59,004 nt of DNA from the NCBI GenBank assembly GCA_036404515.1, contig DASWZK010000132.1, positions 1-59,004 on the forward strand. Direction: 5' to 3'. Shown here piece by piece: positions 34,886-42,953 of the stretch. The position numbers and the translations under genes are program-made. The notes beneath the pieces are model-generated. The model saw only the letters and a list, made by a program, of their open reading frames with translations. It searched no databases and was not told the DNA's origin. Every line of letters starts with the position of its first letter. Position 1 is the first letter of the stretch. Source of the DNA: Candidatus Limnocylindrales bacterium. GTDB taxonomy: Bacteria > Chloroflexota > Limnocylindria > Limnocylindrales > CSP1-4.

Positions 34886-36718
34886 ATGGCGATCTACTAC
34901 CTGGACATCGACGACGAGATCACCTCCGCCGCGGCTCGAATCCGGGACTCCTCGGACGATCGTATCGCCCTGGTGCTGTCCGGTGGCTCGCGCGTGGCGA
35001 CCTCCAGGATCAATTTCCGGCTGCTGGCCCGAGAAGCCAAACACCGCGGCAAGCGGCTTGCGATCATCGCCGCCGATCCGTCCGTCCAGTCCGTGGCCGG
35101 GTCCGCTGAGCTGCCCGTTTACGCGACGGTCGGCGATTACGAGAGGGCTGAAGCTGCCTTTGCGCGCGGCATCGAGGGCCGGTCATCCACCGAGGTTTCG
35201 GACGCGCTCGATGAGCTTGCGCTGACTGTCGGGTCGACGGCGGGGGCTGGTCAGGCCGGCCGGGCCGGCGCCACGCGGGTGCCCGCTGGCCCTTCGGCAA
35301 ACGGAGCGCGAAAGGGCCGAAGACGGATTCCCCGCTCCCTTGTGGCCGGGATCGCGGCGCTTGTGGTGGTTCTGATTGCGGCCGCGGGCTTCTTCTTCTA
35401 CCCGAGTGCCACCGTGGCTCTGACCCTGCGCGAGGAGCCTTTAGGGCCGATGACGGTCAGTGTCAAGGTCGATCCGAACGTTTCCGCCCCCAACGATCAG
35501 GCCGGCACCGTGCCGGGCCTGAGCAAGTCGTTCCCGGTCGAGGCATCGGGTACGTTCGACGCGACCGGCCAGAACGTCGTCGATACGGCAGCCAGCGGCA
35601 CCGTGACGTTCTCGAGTTTCAACACGTACCTTGCCGTGCCCATTCTTGCGGGTACTCAGGTGACGACCGCGAGCGGTATAGCGTTCGTAACCACATCGAC
35701 CGTTACCGTGCCCACGGCGACCGTATCCGGCCAAAGGATCACACCGGGCACCAGGGACGTGGCAGTAGCCGCGGTCAACAAAGGCCTGTCAGGCAACGTG
35801 GCGGCCGGCGCGATCATCAACGCTCCTGCCTCGCTCGCTTCCGCCCTGGTCGGCAGCCATCCGGTCACCAACAAGAGCGCCACCACCGGCGGGACTCACA
35901 CCGTCACGCCGCAGATCCAGCAATCGGACATAGACGGCGCGGAGGCCAGCCTTCTGGCTCAGCTCAACGCGAACTTCAAGCAGGCATTGAAGGCTCCCGC
36001 TGCGGTGCCGTCCGGGTCCACGCTTTTTGCCGATTCGGCGCAGCTGGGGGTGGCCACCTGCACCCCGGATCCCGCAGGGCTGCTCAGCCAGAACGTGGCG
36101 TCGTTCCAGGTCGACTGCCAGGCCAGCGGAACCGCGACCACGGCGGACATGACGACCGTCAGGAGCCTCGCGGAGCGGCGAGTCCGCGCAGCGGTCCGGA
36201 CCGGGTATTCGCTCGTGGAGAACTCCATCACCACGAGCACCGGCGTGCCGATCGCACAGGGGACGACGGTCGTCGTTCCGGTGACCGTCAGCGGCTCCCA
36301 GGTGCCGACGCTCGACGTCAATCAGCTTCGTTCCAGCATCCTGGGCAAGTCGGTCGCCGATGCTCGATCGCTGTTGTCCCAGTATGGTCAGGTCGACATC
36401 GCTGTTTCGCCGGGGTGGGCGTCTACGATGCCGAGCTTCGACTTCAGGATCAACTTCCAGCTCGTCGTCCCATCGACTCAGCCGAGCCCCGGCGCCTCCC
36501 CGAGCCTCGGCTCCGGGTCCACCAGGGGTCCTGTCGTGCCGCCTGCCACTCGCGCGGCTCCACCGACGGACCTGGCGTCGCCCTCTGGATCGGTGGCCGG
36601 TTCGCCGACGCCCGGCGTCACCGGATCACCGCCGGCCGGGGTATCTGAATCGCCCTCGACGGTGCTTTCCGGCACTCCCTCGGCCAGCCCGACGCCGAGC
36701 CCGTCTACGAGCGCGTAG
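34886..36718 (+). CDS. Bitopic membrane protein: ~95-aa cytoplasmic N-domain, one TM segment, large beta-rich ectodomain (baseplate-J-like by resemblance) and a P/S/T-rich tail
   Basis: Starts 3 nt after the FtsA-like stop. N-terminus MAIYYLDIDDEITS...INFRLLAREAKHRGKRLAII. TM segment LVAGIAALVVVLIAAAGFFFY. VTFSSF...ILAGTQVTTASGIAFVT...VAAVNKGLSGNVAAGAI resembles Baseplate_J. Confidence 0.75.
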   Translation: MAIYYLDIDDEITSAAARIRDSSDDRIALVLSGGSRVATSRINFRLLAREAKHRGKRLAIIAADPSVQSVAGSAELPVYATVGDYERAEAAFARGIEGRSSTEVSDALDELALTVGSTAGAGQAGRAGATRVPAGPSANGARKGRRRIPRSLVAGIAALVVVLIAAAGFFFYPSATVALTLREEPLGPMTVSVKVDPNVSAPNDQAGTVPGLSKSFPVEASGTFDATGQNVVDTAASGTVTFSSFNTYLAVPILAGTQVTTASGIAFVTTSTVTVPTATVSGQRITPGTRDVAVAAVNKGLSGNVAAGAIINAPASLASALVGSHPVTNKSATTGGTHTVTPQIQQSDIDGAEASLLAQLNANFKQALKAPAAVPSGSTLFADSAQLGVATCTPDPAGLLSQNVASFQVDCQASGTATTADMTTVRSLAERRVRAAVRTGYSLVENSITTSTGVPIAQGTTVVVPVTVSGSQVPTLDVNQLRSSILGKSVADARSLLSQYGQVDIAVSPGWASTMPSFDFRINFQLVVPSTQPSPGASPSLGSGSTRGPVVPPATRAAPPTDLASPSGSVAGSPTPGVTGSPPAGVSESPSTVLSGTPSASPTPSPSTSA

Positions 36719-36720
36719 CC

Positions 36721-37221
36721 GTGCCCGGAGAGCCGGTCGGGCGCAAGTCGGGACGCGTTGTCGGTATCGATCTTGGCGAGCGTCGCATCGGCGTCGCTCT
36801 CGGCGATCTGGAAATGGGGACGGCCGCGCCCTTCTCGACGTTGGCCCGTGGCAAGGATGTCGCGGATGATGCCGGCGTCCTCTCGCGACTGGCCGTGGAA
36901 CAGGGAGCCGACGTTCTGGTCGTAGGATTGCCTCTCGACATGGATGGAGGCGAAGGTCTGCAGGCAACTCGGACCAGGCAGTGGGCGGAAGCAGTGGGCG
37001 AAGCCACAGGCCTGACGCTCCGTTTCCGCGATGAACGCTTGACCAGCGAGCGAGCCGAGCGCCGCATCGGGCCGCCCGGCCGAGGGCGGTCCGGCGGCCC
37101 GCCCAGCGCCGCTCAGCGTGACGCCTACCGAGCCCGCGTCGACAGAGAGGCCGCGGCCCTGATCCTGCAAGATGAGATGGACGCGATGGCAGGCGAGAAC
37201 GTGGAGCGGAAGTCCCGATGA
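36721..37221 (+). CDS. ruvX: Putative pre-16S rRNA nuclease / Holliday-junction-resolvase-like RuvX (YqgF)
   Basis: RVVGIDLGERRIGVALGD...VLVVGLPLDMDG...RFRDERLTS. Confidence 0.9.
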   Translation: MPGEPVGRKSGRVVGIDLGERRIGVALGDLEMGTAAPFSTLARGKDVADDAGVLSRLAVEQGADVLVVGLPLDMDGGEGLQATRTRQWAEAVGEATGLTLRFRDERLTSERAERRIGPPGRGRSGGPPSAAQRDAYRARVDREAAALILQDEMDAMAGENVERKSR

Positions 37222-38645
37222 CGATCAGGGGCGGGGGCAAGCCGAGGGCGGGCCGAACCGGCGGCGCGCGCCAGGACGGTGCAAGGCCTCCGGTTGTGGA
37301 CACGGGCTGGGACGACTATATTCCGCCGGATCCTGCGGAGCTCGAGGCCGGGCGCCGGCCGCTGCCGTCGGAGGCGAATCGGGATTACCGCAAGAGCCGG
37401 TCCGGCGGACCCGCCAGCCTCGTCCGATTCGCGCTGTTCGCGGCGATCATCGGCAGTGTAGTCGTCGGCGGCCTGTACTTCGTTGCCCGACCGATCGTCG
37501 TGAACGCAATCGTCGACTGGGCCGCCGAGAATTCCACGGCCCTGCAGCTTCCCTTCGTATCTCAGATCGTCCGAGGCGGTCTCGGGGCCAGCCTCAGCCA
37601 GCCGGTCGACGCCACGGATACCACAGCCGTAGTCGTCGTCATAGACGCCGGCGCCACGCCGGCGCAAATCGGCGATCAGCTCGTTGAGGCGGGCGTGATT
37701 CGCGACGCTCGGGCGTTCGTCTTCGAGGCCATCGAGCGCGGCGCCACGCAGAATTTCCAGCTCGGTCGCCACGTACTCACCAAGGCGATGACCGTCGACC
37801 AGATCATCGTCGATCTGACATCGGCGCCGGTCGCACCCCCGACCGTGCGGATCACCTTCCGAGAAGGCCTGCGGATCGAGCAGATGGTCGCCGAGCTCGA
37901 GTACCTGGAAGCCAATCCGGTCGACCCGACCGCGCCACTGACCATGAACGTCGCCCAGTTCTACGACCTGGCCATCCATCCGCCGGCCGACCTGCTCGCG
38001 CAATACCCGTGGCTCAAGCTGCCGGCGGGCGCTTCTCTCGAGGGATTCTTGTTCCCCGCCACCTACCAGGTCGCACCCGACACGACGCCGATCGAGCTGA
38101 TGGAGATGTTGCTCGATGCTTTCGTCAGCCTCGCCCCGCCGGGCCTTCTGCAATTGCCGCCGGACCAGATCTACCAGAAGGTCCAACTTGCGTCGCTGGT
38201 CGAGACCGAGGCCAAGGTGGATTCGGAGCGGCCTCTGATCGCCGGCGTGTACCTGAACCGCCTGAATCCGAAACTGTGGCCGACGGGCCTGCTCGACGCC
38301 GACCCGACGCTCAACTACGCCAACGACTCCGTCTGGCTGCAGTCGCACCCGATCTCTACCTGGGTCGACTACACGTTCTGGGATCCAATCAAGACAACCG
38401 GCGCTTACAGCCAGGTGGTGTTTCCGGGCAGCCTGGCGGCGTACAACACTTACCACCACGCCGGTCTGCCGCCGACTCCGATCTGCTCTCCCAGTGCCCC
38501 CTCTCTGGCGGCGGCGATGGCCCCCGACACTGCAGACGGATACCTTTACTTCCTGGCCAAGAACGACGGCAGCGGAACTCATGCTTTCGCCAAGACCCAA
38601 GCGGAGCAGGACGCGAACCTGAAGAAGTACGGCTACACGAGTTAG
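37218..38645 (+). CDS. mltG: Endolytic murein transglycosylase MltG (YceG-like)
   Basis: N-terminal TM segment, LASLVETEA, and GVYLNRLN...LDADPTLNYA. ATGA overlap with ruvX. Confidence 0.9.
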   Translation: MTIRGGGKPRAGRTGGARQDGARPPVVDTGWDDYIPPDPAELEAGRRPLPSEANRDYRKSRSGGPASLVRFALFAAIIGSVVVGGLYFVARPIVVNAIVDWAAENSTALQLPFVSQIVRGGLGASLSQPVDATDTTAVVVVIDAGATPAQIGDQLVEAGVIRDARAFVFEAIERGATQNFQLGRHVLTKAMTVDQIIVDLTSAPVAPPTVRITFREGLRIEQMVAELEYLEANPVDPTAPLTMNVAQFYDLAIHPPADLLAQYPWLKLPAGASLEGFLFPATYQVAPDTTPIELMEMLLDAFVSLAPPGLLQLPPDQIYQKVQLASLVETEAKVDSERPLIAGVYLNRLNPKLWPTGLLDADPTLNYANDSVWLQSHPISTWVDYTFWDPIKTTGAYSQVVFPGSLAAYNTYHHAGLPPTPICSPSAPSLAAAMAPDTADGYLYFLAKNDGSGTHAFAKTQAEQDANLKKYGYTS

Positions 38646-38748
38646 GCCGAACCGGGAGGGGGGTCCGCCGGCCGAAGTCGATCGTCGGCCGATGTTCTAG
38701 TGGCCTCGCCGGTCTGGAATCGCGCGGTGGCGCGGTTACCATGAAGAG

Positions 38749-39978
38749 ATGACGAATCCAGTTCGAGCGCTGCCCCATCCGGCCGACTTCCCCGCACCAC
38801 CGAGCGAGACCGACCGAGCCCGCTGGGCCGCGGCCGACGTTTCGGCCAGGCCCCGGCGCCTGGATCGTCTGCGGGCGCGCCTGGCAGCGGACGGCGTGGA
38901 CGCCTACTTCGGCCTTCGGCCCGAGCACATGCGGTACCTCACCGGGTTTGCCCTTGACGACGGTGAGGATCGAGTCGCCGGCAACTCCGGTCGATTTGTC
39001 GTTTCGGCCGATGAGGTCGTCGTGCTGGCCGACAGTCGTTACCGGCTCCAGGCGGCGGCTCAAGCCCCCAGTGCGCGGCTCGAGGCCACGACCTACGACC
39101 TGGCGGCGACCTGGCCGGGGCTCGTCAAGAGCCTCGGAGCACGGCGCGTGGCCGTGGAGTCGGCCGTGATCAGCCACGAGCTCTGGCAGCAGCTTCAGGC
39201 CGCGGCTCCGGAGGTGGAGTTGGTCGGGGCCTTCGGCTGGGTCGAAGCTCACCGAGCGATCAAGGAGCCGGCAGAGGTTGAGCGCATCAAATCCGCGTGC
39301 ACGGTTTCAGACCGGTCTCTGGCCGCCATTCTGCGTCGGATCAGACCGGGCCAAACAGAGCGGGAGTTGGCCATGGCCCTGGAATGGGAGATGCGGACAG
39401 GAGGTGCCGACTCGCTCGCTTTCGGGATCGCCTGCCTGGCCGGTCCGAACGCGGCGATGCCGCACGGCTCGCCGTCGAGTCGCGAGGTAGCCCTCGGGCA
39501 GGTCCTTCTCTTCGACTTCGGCGCCACGGTCGACGGGTATCGCAGCGACATGACGCGAACCCTGTTCGTTGGCGAGCCCGGCGCGGGCGATCTGGCCATC
39601 TACGAGACTGTGGCCGCCGCGCAGTCTGCGTCCATGGACTTCCTGAGGGCTGCGCTCCGCGCCGGCCGACCTGCGCCGAGCGGCCGAGACGTGGACGCGG
39701 CAGCCCGTCGGGTCATCGCGGCGGCGGGCTACGGCGAACACTTCGGCCATGGCACAGGCCATGGCATCGGCCTGGCAACCCATGAGCAGCCGTCGCTGAG
39801 CCGTGCCGCATCGGACGAACCGCTGCCCAGCCCAACGGTCTTCAGCGTCGAACCCGGGATCTACCTCGACGGCGAGACCGGTGTCCGCATCGAGGACCTG
39901 GTTCTATTCGATCGAACCCGTACCGATCTCGAGCGGCTGACGGGATTCCCGGGGGACGTGCTCGTCGTCGGTGTCTGA
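38749..39978 (+). CDS. Xaa-Pro aminopeptidase/dipeptidase (peptidase M24B)
   Basis: DFGATVDGYRSDMTRT, HGTGHGIGLATHEQP, SVEPGIY, RIED. Confidence 0.9.
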   Translation: MTNPVRALPHPADFPAPPSETDRARWAAADVSARPRRLDRLRARLAADGVDAYFGLRPEHMRYLTGFALDDGEDRVAGNSGRFVVSADEVVVLADSRYRLQAAAQAPSARLEATTYDLAATWPGLVKSLGARRVAVESAVISHELWQQLQAAAPEVELVGAFGWVEAHRAIKEPAEVERIKSACTVSDRSLAAILRRIRPGQTERELAMALEWEMRTGGADSLAFGIACLAGPNAAMPHGSPSSREVALGQVLLFDFGATVDGYRSDMTRTLFVGEPGAGDLAIYETVAAAQSASMDFLRAALRAGRPAPSGRDVDAAARRVIAAAGYGEHFGHGTGHGIGLATHEQPSLSRAASDEPLPSPTVFSVEPGIYLDGETGVRIEDLVLFDRTRTDLERLTGFPGDVLVVGV

Positions 39979-40100
39979 GCCTCATGCGGCGCTGGCTGCG
40001 AGGATCGTGGGACGGCGTTGCGCCTGCCTCCGCTACAATCGGGCTTCGGCAGAGACGGTCGCATTCGTTCCGCCATCATCCTGAGGAGCCCTTCGCCACC

Positions 40101-40658
40101 ATGATTTCGACAAGCGATCTGCGCAAGGGTGTCGCCATCGAGCTCGATGGCGAGCTGTGGCAGATCCTCGACTACCACCACATCAAGATGGGGCGAGGCT
40201 CGGCCCAGGTCCGCATCAAGCTCCGTAACATCAAGCGCGGGCAGACGGTCGAGCGCAGCTTCCAAGCCGGCGAGAAGTGGCCGCGCGCCCAGATGGACCA
40301 CCGCCAGATCCAGTTCCTATACAAGGACGGCAGCGACTACTACTTCATGGAGACCGAGAGCTACGAGCAGTTCAGCCTGACGGCCGAGCAGCTAGACGAC
40401 GCCGTCAACTACCTCAAGGAAAGCATGCTGCTCGATAGAACCAGCTACGAGGGCGAGACGATCGGAGTCGAGCTGCCGGTCACGGTCGATCTGAAGGTCA
40501 TCGAGACCGAGCCGGGCTTCGCCGGGGACACCCAGAGCGGCGCCCGGAAGCCGGCCACCATGGAAACGGGACTCACCATTCAGGTTCCGATCTTCGTGAA
40601 CGAAGGCGACCTTATCCGAGTCGATACCAGAACCGGGGAGTATCAGACCCGACTCTGA
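40101..40658 (+). CDS. efp: Elongation factor P
   Basis: MISTSDLRKGVAIELDGELW...HHIKMGRGSAQVRIKLRN. GAGGAG upstream of ATG 40101. Confidence 0.95.
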   Translation: MISTSDLRKGVAIELDGELWQILDYHHIKMGRGSAQVRIKLRNIKRGQTVERSFQAGEKWPRAQMDHRQIQFLYKDGSDYYFMETESYEQFSLTAEQLDDAVNYLKESMLLDRTSYEGETIGVELPVTVDLKVIETEPGFAGDTQSGARKPATMETGLTIQVPIFVNEGDLIRVDTRTGEYQTRL

Positions 40659-40707
40659 GCGACCTCCGTCAGGTGACTGCAGCAGTCGAGCCCAGGAGGG
40701 CAGGGCG

Positions 40708-42270
40708 TTGAGTCGCACCGGGCCACCCGAGAGTGATCGTCTATGGGGGGATCTGCCCCTGGAATCCCGCACCCGCCGCACTCGCCACACCGAACCGCCC
40801 GACTGGGCGCTGCCCGCTTGGGACTCTGTCGACGACGCCGACTCAACCGCCGCGACGCGTCGGGACGTGGTGAAACCGGCGTCGCCGGACCCACCAGCCC
40901 CTGCTCTCGCCGCGCCACTTTCGACGCCAGCGCCGGGGATTTCAGAGCCCGGATTCGCCCTGAGGATCCTCGGCGTAAGCGAAGTCACGCGCGCCGTCCG
41001 GGACGCCGTGCGCGCCGATGGCGGACTGCGCGACGTCTGGGTCGAGGGCGAGGTAGGGCGGGTAACGGTCTCGTCGGCCGGCCATTGCTATTTCACCCTG
41101 AAGGACGAGCACAGCCAGCTTGCCTGCGTCTTCTTTCGCGACGACCGCCTCGCCTCGCCCTTCGAAGCTCGGACGGGACTGCGTGTGGTGGTCCACGGAC
41201 GGGTGGACGTATTCGAGGCCCAGGGCGTCTTTCAGCTGTATGTGTCTGCGATTCAGCCTGCCGGCTTCGGCGATCTGGCCCTCCGGTTCGAAGCGTTGAA
41301 GGCTCGTCTGGCGGCCGAAGGCTTGTTCGAAACTGCCCGTAAGCGGGCGCTGCCATACCGGCCGGCGGTAATCGGTGTTGCCACCAGCGCTAGCGGAGCG
41401 GTCTGGCACGACATCTGCCAGGTCGTCGGTCGGCGCTGGCCGCTGGCACGGCTCGTCCTGGCCCCGTGCCAGGTGCAGGGCGACGGAGCGGCCGCCAGCG
41501 TCGTGACCGCCCTCGATCGCCTCGCGCGGTGGGGAGCGCAGTGCCGGGCCGACGGACGACCCGAAGACGCTCCAGCGGTGGTAATCCTTGCTCGGGGCGG
41601 CGGCTCGCTGGAGGACTTGTGGCCGTTCAACGACGAGAGCGTGGTGAGGGCCGTGGCGGGCCATCCCGTTCCGGTCGTTTGTGGCGTCGGTCACGAGGTG
41701 GACGTGACGCTCGCGGATTTTGCCGCGGACGTCAGGGCTCCCACTCCTTCGGCGGCGGCGGAGCTGGTCGTGCCTGATCGAGTCGAAGTGGCCGCCGGCA
41801 TTGCCGACGTGGCGCGCCGCGGGCGCGCGCGAGCTGTAGCCAGCCTGCTGGCCGCCCGCAACGAGGTCGCTGCTGAAGGCCGGGCCCTGGATCGGTTGCG
41901 GCCGGCGGCTCAGCTGGCCGGGGCGCGCGAACGGGCCGGTTATCTCCTCGACCGCGCCACTCGCTCCATACGCGAGGGCGTAGGCCAACGCCGCGCCGCG
42001 GAGGCGGGGCTCTCCGCACGCCTCGGTCCCATCGTGGACAGCCGGATAGCGGCCGCCCGCGTGGCTCTCGAGAGGAACGCCGCGGCACTGGTTGCCCTCG
42101 GGCCGCAGGCTACGCTCGACCGCGGCTATGCCATCGTTCGTCGCAGCGACGGCGCGGTGATCCGCGATCCTGACGAAGCACCACCCGGAGAGCTGCTCGC
42201 CATCACGGTCGCTCGCGGTGAGCTGGCAGCCCGTGTGGAAGAGGATGCAGAACGAGGTCCGCGGCCGTGA
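40708..42270 (+). CDS. xseA: Exodeoxyribonuclease VII large subunit (start uncertain; ~90-aa P/A-rich N-terminal extension if TTG 40708 is used)
   Basis: The conserved part begins at LGVSEVTRAVRDAV...VWVEGEVG...HCYFTLKD. Also ARGGGSLEDLWPFNDE. Confidence 0.85.
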   Translation: MSRTGPPESDRLWGDLPLESRTRRTRHTEPPDWALPAWDSVDDADSTAATRRDVVKPASPDPPAPALAAPLSTPAPGISEPGFALRILGVSEVTRAVRDAVRADGGLRDVWVEGEVGRVTVSSAGHCYFTLKDEHSQLACVFFRDDRLASPFEARTGLRVVVHGRVDVFEAQGVFQLYVSAIQPAGFGDLALRFEALKARLAAEGLFETARKRALPYRPAVIGVATSASGAVWHDICQVVGRRWPLARLVLAPCQVQGDGAAASVVTALDRLARWGAQCRADGRPEDAPAVVILARGGGSLEDLWPFNDESVVRAVAGHPVPVVCGVGHEVDVTLADFAADVRAPTPSAAAELVVPDRVEVAAGIADVARRGRARAVASLLAARNEVAAEGRALDRLRPAAQLAGARERAGYLLDRATRSIREGVGQRRAAEAGLSARLGPIVDSRIAAARVALERNAAALVALGPQATLDRGYAIVRRSDGAVIRDPDEAPPGELLAITVARGELAARVEEDAERGPRP

Positions 42271-42500
42271 TGATCGAACTCGCCATGGCCCTCGCGTTCG
42301 TCGCTCTTGGCGTAGTCGCGTTCGTGGTTTCGGTCCGCCTTGGTATGCTCCTGGGACGGCGCCTGGACCTGGCGCTCGAGCCCCGCGCCTCGGCGGGTGG
42401 CGACGAGGAACTCGAGGCGTCGAGATCCAGGCCTCCGTCCGAGCCGGCGGCGGCACTTCAGAATCCGATATCAGTCGACGTTGATGGCCTGGAGGAGTAG
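42267..42500 (+). CDS. Small hypothetical membrane protein (76-77 aa) between xseA and xseB
   Basis: GTG/ATG at 42267/42270 overlaps the xseA stop. One TM segment, LAMALAFVALGVVAFVVSV, then an acidic tail. Confidence 0.5.
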   Translation: MMIELAMALAFVALGVVAFVVSVRLGMLLGRRLDLALEPRASAGGDEELEASRSRPPSEPAAALQNPISVDVDGLEE

Positions 42501-42504
42501 CGCG

Positions 42505-42783
42505 GTGAGTGACCAGCCGAATCTGGGGGCTGCGGCCGACGTTTCTGCGCTGTCGTTCGACGAGGCGCTCCTCGAGCTGCAGCGGACTGTCGCCGAGCTC
42601 GAGCTGGGCGGATCGCCGCTCGAGCGTTCGATCGCCCTCTACGAACGCGGTGTAGCCCTCCATGAGCGCTGCGCGAGGTTGCTCGGTGACGCCGAGCTGC
42701 GGGTGCAGAGGCTGCTGGAGCGCTCTTCGGGGGCCCTGGAAGCCGCCGAGATTCGCGCCGCAGATGCGGCGGTCGAGGATTAG
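42505..42783 (+). CDS. xseB: Exodeoxyribonuclease VII small subunit
   Basis: LSFDEALLELQRTVAELELGGSPLERSIALYERGVALHERC. GTG 42505. Confidence 0.85.
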   Translation: MSDQPNLGAAADVSALSFDEALLELQRTVAELELGGSPLERSIALYERGVALHERCARLLGDAELRVQRLLERSSGALEAAEIRAADAAVED

Positions 42784-42789
42784 CCGGTT

Positions 42790-42819
42790 CGCCCTCAGGC
42801 CGCAGGCGGCCTGAGGGCG
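42790..42819 (+). terminator. Strong GC hairpin after xseB (CGCCCTCAGGCCGC / GCGGCCTGAGGGCG, near-perfect palindrome)
   Basis: Read directly. About 12 bp of usable stem. No U-tract. Confidence 0.55.
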
Positions 42820-42953
42820 CAAAGCGCCCAGGAGCAGGCGCGGTAGACTGCCCGGCAGACAGGCGAGAACCGGGCCAGACCGGACCCGGCTACTCACAGG
42901 TAAGACTCGAACAGCAGGGCGCCGACATCGGATCCGCCCAGGAGCAATCGAAC

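Noticed and set aside
38669-38691. Hairpin CGGCCGA-(9 nt)-TCGGCCG after mltG as a terminator
   Set aside because: The stem is only 7 bp with no U-tract. It is plausible but too weak to list as a feature.
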